Below are positions 61,108 through 64,000 of a DNA stretch of 64,000 nucleotides, in pieces. This DNA is from an uncultured bacterium (GTDB lineage Bacteria > Krumholzibacteriota > Krumholzibacteriia > LZORAL124-64-63): NCBI GenBank assembly GCA_963732385.1, contig CAVSZB010000005.1:96001-160000 (forward strand), read 5' to 3'. How positions within the stretch are numbered: the stretch's first letter is position 1; each line of letters opens with the position of its first letter. The notes under the pieces are model-generated. The model was not told the DNA's origin and searched no databases. It was given only the letters and a program-made list of their open reading frames with translations. The translations under genes were made by a program, and so were the position numbers.

Positions 61108-62369
61108 TTCGCCACCCGCCGGATGCGGGCGCCGAGCGCCGCCAGCTTCTGCTCGATCCGCTCGTAACCCCGGTCGATGTGGTAGATCCGATCGACGGTC
61201 GTCGTGCCGATCGCCGCCACCCCGGCCAGGATCAGCGCCGCCGACGCCCGCAGGTCCGTGGCCATCACCGGCGCCCCCTGCAGCCGATCCACGCCGAAAA
61301 CGATCGCGCTGGCGCCGTCGAGCCGGATGTCGGCGCCGAGCCGCCGCAATTCCGCCACGTGCGTGAAACGATCGGGGTAGATCGTGTCTGTGATGAAGCT
61401 GGTGCCGGAGGCGAGCGTCGCCACCATCATTACCTGCGCCTGCATGTCGGTCGGGAAACCGGGGTAGGGACGCGTCACCACCTCAACCGCCCGCGGACGC
61501 TCGCCCGCCTCGACGGTCAGGGCGCCAGCGCCGGCAGGAGTCACCGCGCAGCCCATCGCCTTGAGCGCCGCGGTGCAAGCGTCGAGATGATCCGGACGGC
61601 AGTGCGTGAGCGTGATCCGCCCCCCCGTGACGGCGGCCGCCGCCATGAAGGTCCCGGCCTCGATCCGATCGGGAATGACCTGGTGACGCAGCGGCGCCAG
61701 CGCGGAAACGCCGCGCACGAGCAGCGTCGGCGTGCCGATCCCCTCGATGCCCGCTCCGGCCCCGGCCAGCGCCTCCGCCAGCAGGGTCACCTCCGGCTCG
61801 CAGGCGCAATTGAGCAGCTCGCTCGTGCCGTCGGCCAGGACGGCCGCCATCAGCACGTTCGCGGTCGCGCCGACCGAGGAGGGCTCGAACCGGAAACGCC
61901 CGCCACGCAGGCCGGCCGGCGCGCGGCCGACGATGTAACCCCCTTCGAGGTCCAGCTCCGCGCCCAGCGCGCGCAGGCCATCGAGGTGCAGGTTGACCGG
62001 ACGCGGCCCCCAGGCGCATCCGCCCGGCAGCGAGACCCGGGCCTGTCCGTGCGCCGCGAGCAACGGACCGAGCACGTACACGCTCGCGCGCATCGTCTTG
62101 ACCAGCTCGTAGGGAGCCTCCACGCCAGCGGCCGCCGAGGTGTCGATGCGCAGTGCGTCGCCGACCAGTTCGCAGCGCGCGCCAAGCATTTCGAGCAGAC
62201 GCATGAAGGTGCGCACGTCGCGCAGATCGGGCACGTTCCCGATCAGAGACTCGCCGCGGGCAAGCAGCGCCGCGGCCATCAGCGGCAGCACCGCGTTCTT
62301 CGCCCCACCGATCCTGACCTCGCCTTCGAGCCGGGTCGGTCCTTCGATCACGAAGCGGTCCATGCTCAC
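61104..62369 (-). CDS. murA: UDP-N-acetylglucosamine 1-carboxyvinyltransferase
   Basis: GAKNA, LPGGCAWG.RP, PDRIEAGT, PGFPTDMQ and DLRAS motifs. The start may be ATG at 62363. Confidence 0.97.
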   Translation of the reverse strand: MSMDRFVIEGPTRLEGEVRIGGAKNAVLPLMAAALLARGESLIGNVPDLRDVRTFMRLLEMLGARCELVGDALRIDTSAAAGVEAPYELVKTMRASVYVLGPLLAAHGQARVSLPGGCAWGPRPVNLHLDGLRALGAELDLEGGYIVGRAPAGLRGGRFRFEPSSVGATANVLMAAVLADGTSELLNCACEPEVTLLAEALAGAGAGIEGIGTPTLLVRGVSALAPLRHQVIPDRIEAGTFMAAAAVTGGRITLTHCRPDHLDACTAALKAMGCAVTPAGAGALTVEAGERPRAVEVVTRPYPGFPTDMQAQVMMVATLASGTSFITDTIYPDRFTHVAELRRLGADIRLDGASAIVFGVDRLQGAPVMATDLRASAALILAGVAAIGTTTVDRIYHIDRGYERIEQKLAALGARIRRVAK

Positions 62370-63298
62370 CTTCCCGGAACAGGGGTATCGTCACCCGGCG
62401 GCGGCGGGCCATCCTCCGGCGCGCGACGCGCCGTCACCACGCGCGGGCGTCCGGCGAGGTCGCGCGTCATCGCCGCTCCCACCCAGCCGCCGCGGTCCAG
62501 AATCCCGCACACGTCAGCGTCCTGGTCCGCCCCGATCTCCATCGCCAGCCAGCCCCCCGGCCGCAGCCAGCGCCGGCCCAGGGCGCCCAGGGCCCGGTAG
62601 AAGCTCAGCCCGTCCGGTCCGCCGTCGAGCGCCTCCCGCGGATCGTGGCGCGACACCTCCACCGGCAGGCTGTCGATCTCGTCCCGCCTGACGTAGGGCG
62701 GATTGCTGACCAGCAGGTCGACCTGCCCCACCAGACGCGACGGCAGCGGATCGGCCAGGTGGCCGGCCAGGCAGACGACGCGCGGCGCCACCCCCAGCCG
62801 GTGCGCGTTCGCCTCGGTCAGGCGCACCGCCGCCGGATTGATGTCGGTCGCCCAGACGCTCAACGCCGGGATCTCGGCGGCCAGGGAGAGGCCGACCACC
62901 CCGCTGCCGCAGCACAGGTCAAGCGCCACCGGCGCGATCAACCGGCTCGTCCCCTCCGTCAGCAGGGCCACGCACCGCTCGACCAGCGCTTCCGTTTCCG
63001 GGCGTGGAATGAACACTCCCGGCTCGACGCGGAACGGGCGCGAATAGAATTCCTGCTCGCCGATCAGGGTCTGCAGCGGCTCGCCCGCGCCGCGGCGACG
63101 CAGCAGCTCCCGGAAACGTTCCAGCTCACCGCTGGTCAGCGGCCGGTCATGGTGCAGGTACAGCTCAAGCCGCGAGAGCCCGAGCACATGCCCGAGCAGG
63201 CGTTCGGCATTCAGCCGGGCGGAGGGCACACCCTTCCCCTCCAGCCAGCCGGCGGCGGCCGGCATCAGATCGCGGACGCTCTTGAGGGCTTCGGGCAT
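62366..63298 (-). CDS. prmC: Release factor glutamine methyltransferase
   Basis: IPRPETE, DLCCGSG, SNPPY and ALDGG.DGL motifs. Lies downstream of prfA. Confidence 0.95.
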   Translation of the reverse strand: MPEALKSVRDLMPAAAGWLEGKGVPSARLNAERLLGHVLGLSRLELYLHHDRPLTSGELERFRELLRRRGAGEPLQTLIGEQEFYSRPFRVEPGVFIPRPETEALVERCVALLTEGTSRLIAPVALDLCCGSGVVGLSLAAEIPALSVWATDINPAAVRLTEANAHRLGVAPRVVCLAGHLADPLPSRLVGQVDLLVSNPPYVRRDEIDSLPVEVSRHDPREALDGGPDGLSFYRALGALGRRWLRPGGWLAMEIGADQDADVCGILDRGGWVGAAMTRDLAGRPRVVTARRAPEDGPPPPGDDTPVPGR

Positions 63299-63378
63299 TG
63301 GCGAACGGGGCGGGCCGCGGGCCGGGACCGCCGGACCGCCGGACCGCGGGAAAAGGAGCGCCGCCGGGGCGGCCCCGG

Positions 63379-64000
<622 letters not shown>

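Noticed and set aside
63299..63378. Short GGACCGCC tandem repeats and a hairpin between prfA and prmC
   Set aside because: Too short and GC-rich to distinguish from chance.

Overview
A high-GC Gram-negative bacterial chromosome segment, mostly housekeeping genes. These include acs, ispD-radA, a mlaE/F/D-like operon, dnaB, yicC-gmk-rpoZ-coaBC-udg, an rqcH-like gene and prfA-prmC-murA-selB-ispG. Three secreted proteins carry FlgD-Ig-like C-terminal domains, which suggests an FCB-related lineage such as Krumholzibacteriota, Latescibacterota or Eisenbacteria (inference only). The standout is a compact RiPP cluster at about 36.6-41.9 kb. It has a 60-aa double-glycine-type precursor with a CxCxCxxxCxC core, a radical SAM/SPASM maturase, a C39 peptidase-containing ABC exporter, and an HlyD-type adaptor that appears to lack its alpha-helical hairpin. 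A perfect stem-loop lies between precursor and maturase, and the precursor/maturase side is visibly more AT-rich than its flanks. Also notable are a phased array of TTGTCCACA-type DnaA boxes upstream of dnaB, a 99-bp element with perfect 26-bp inverted repeats, a triply frameshifted PHP/FlgD gene and a frameshifted HD-GYP remnant. No rRNA, tRNA, CRISPR array or transposase was recognised. All calls come from reading motifs by eye; no searches were run.
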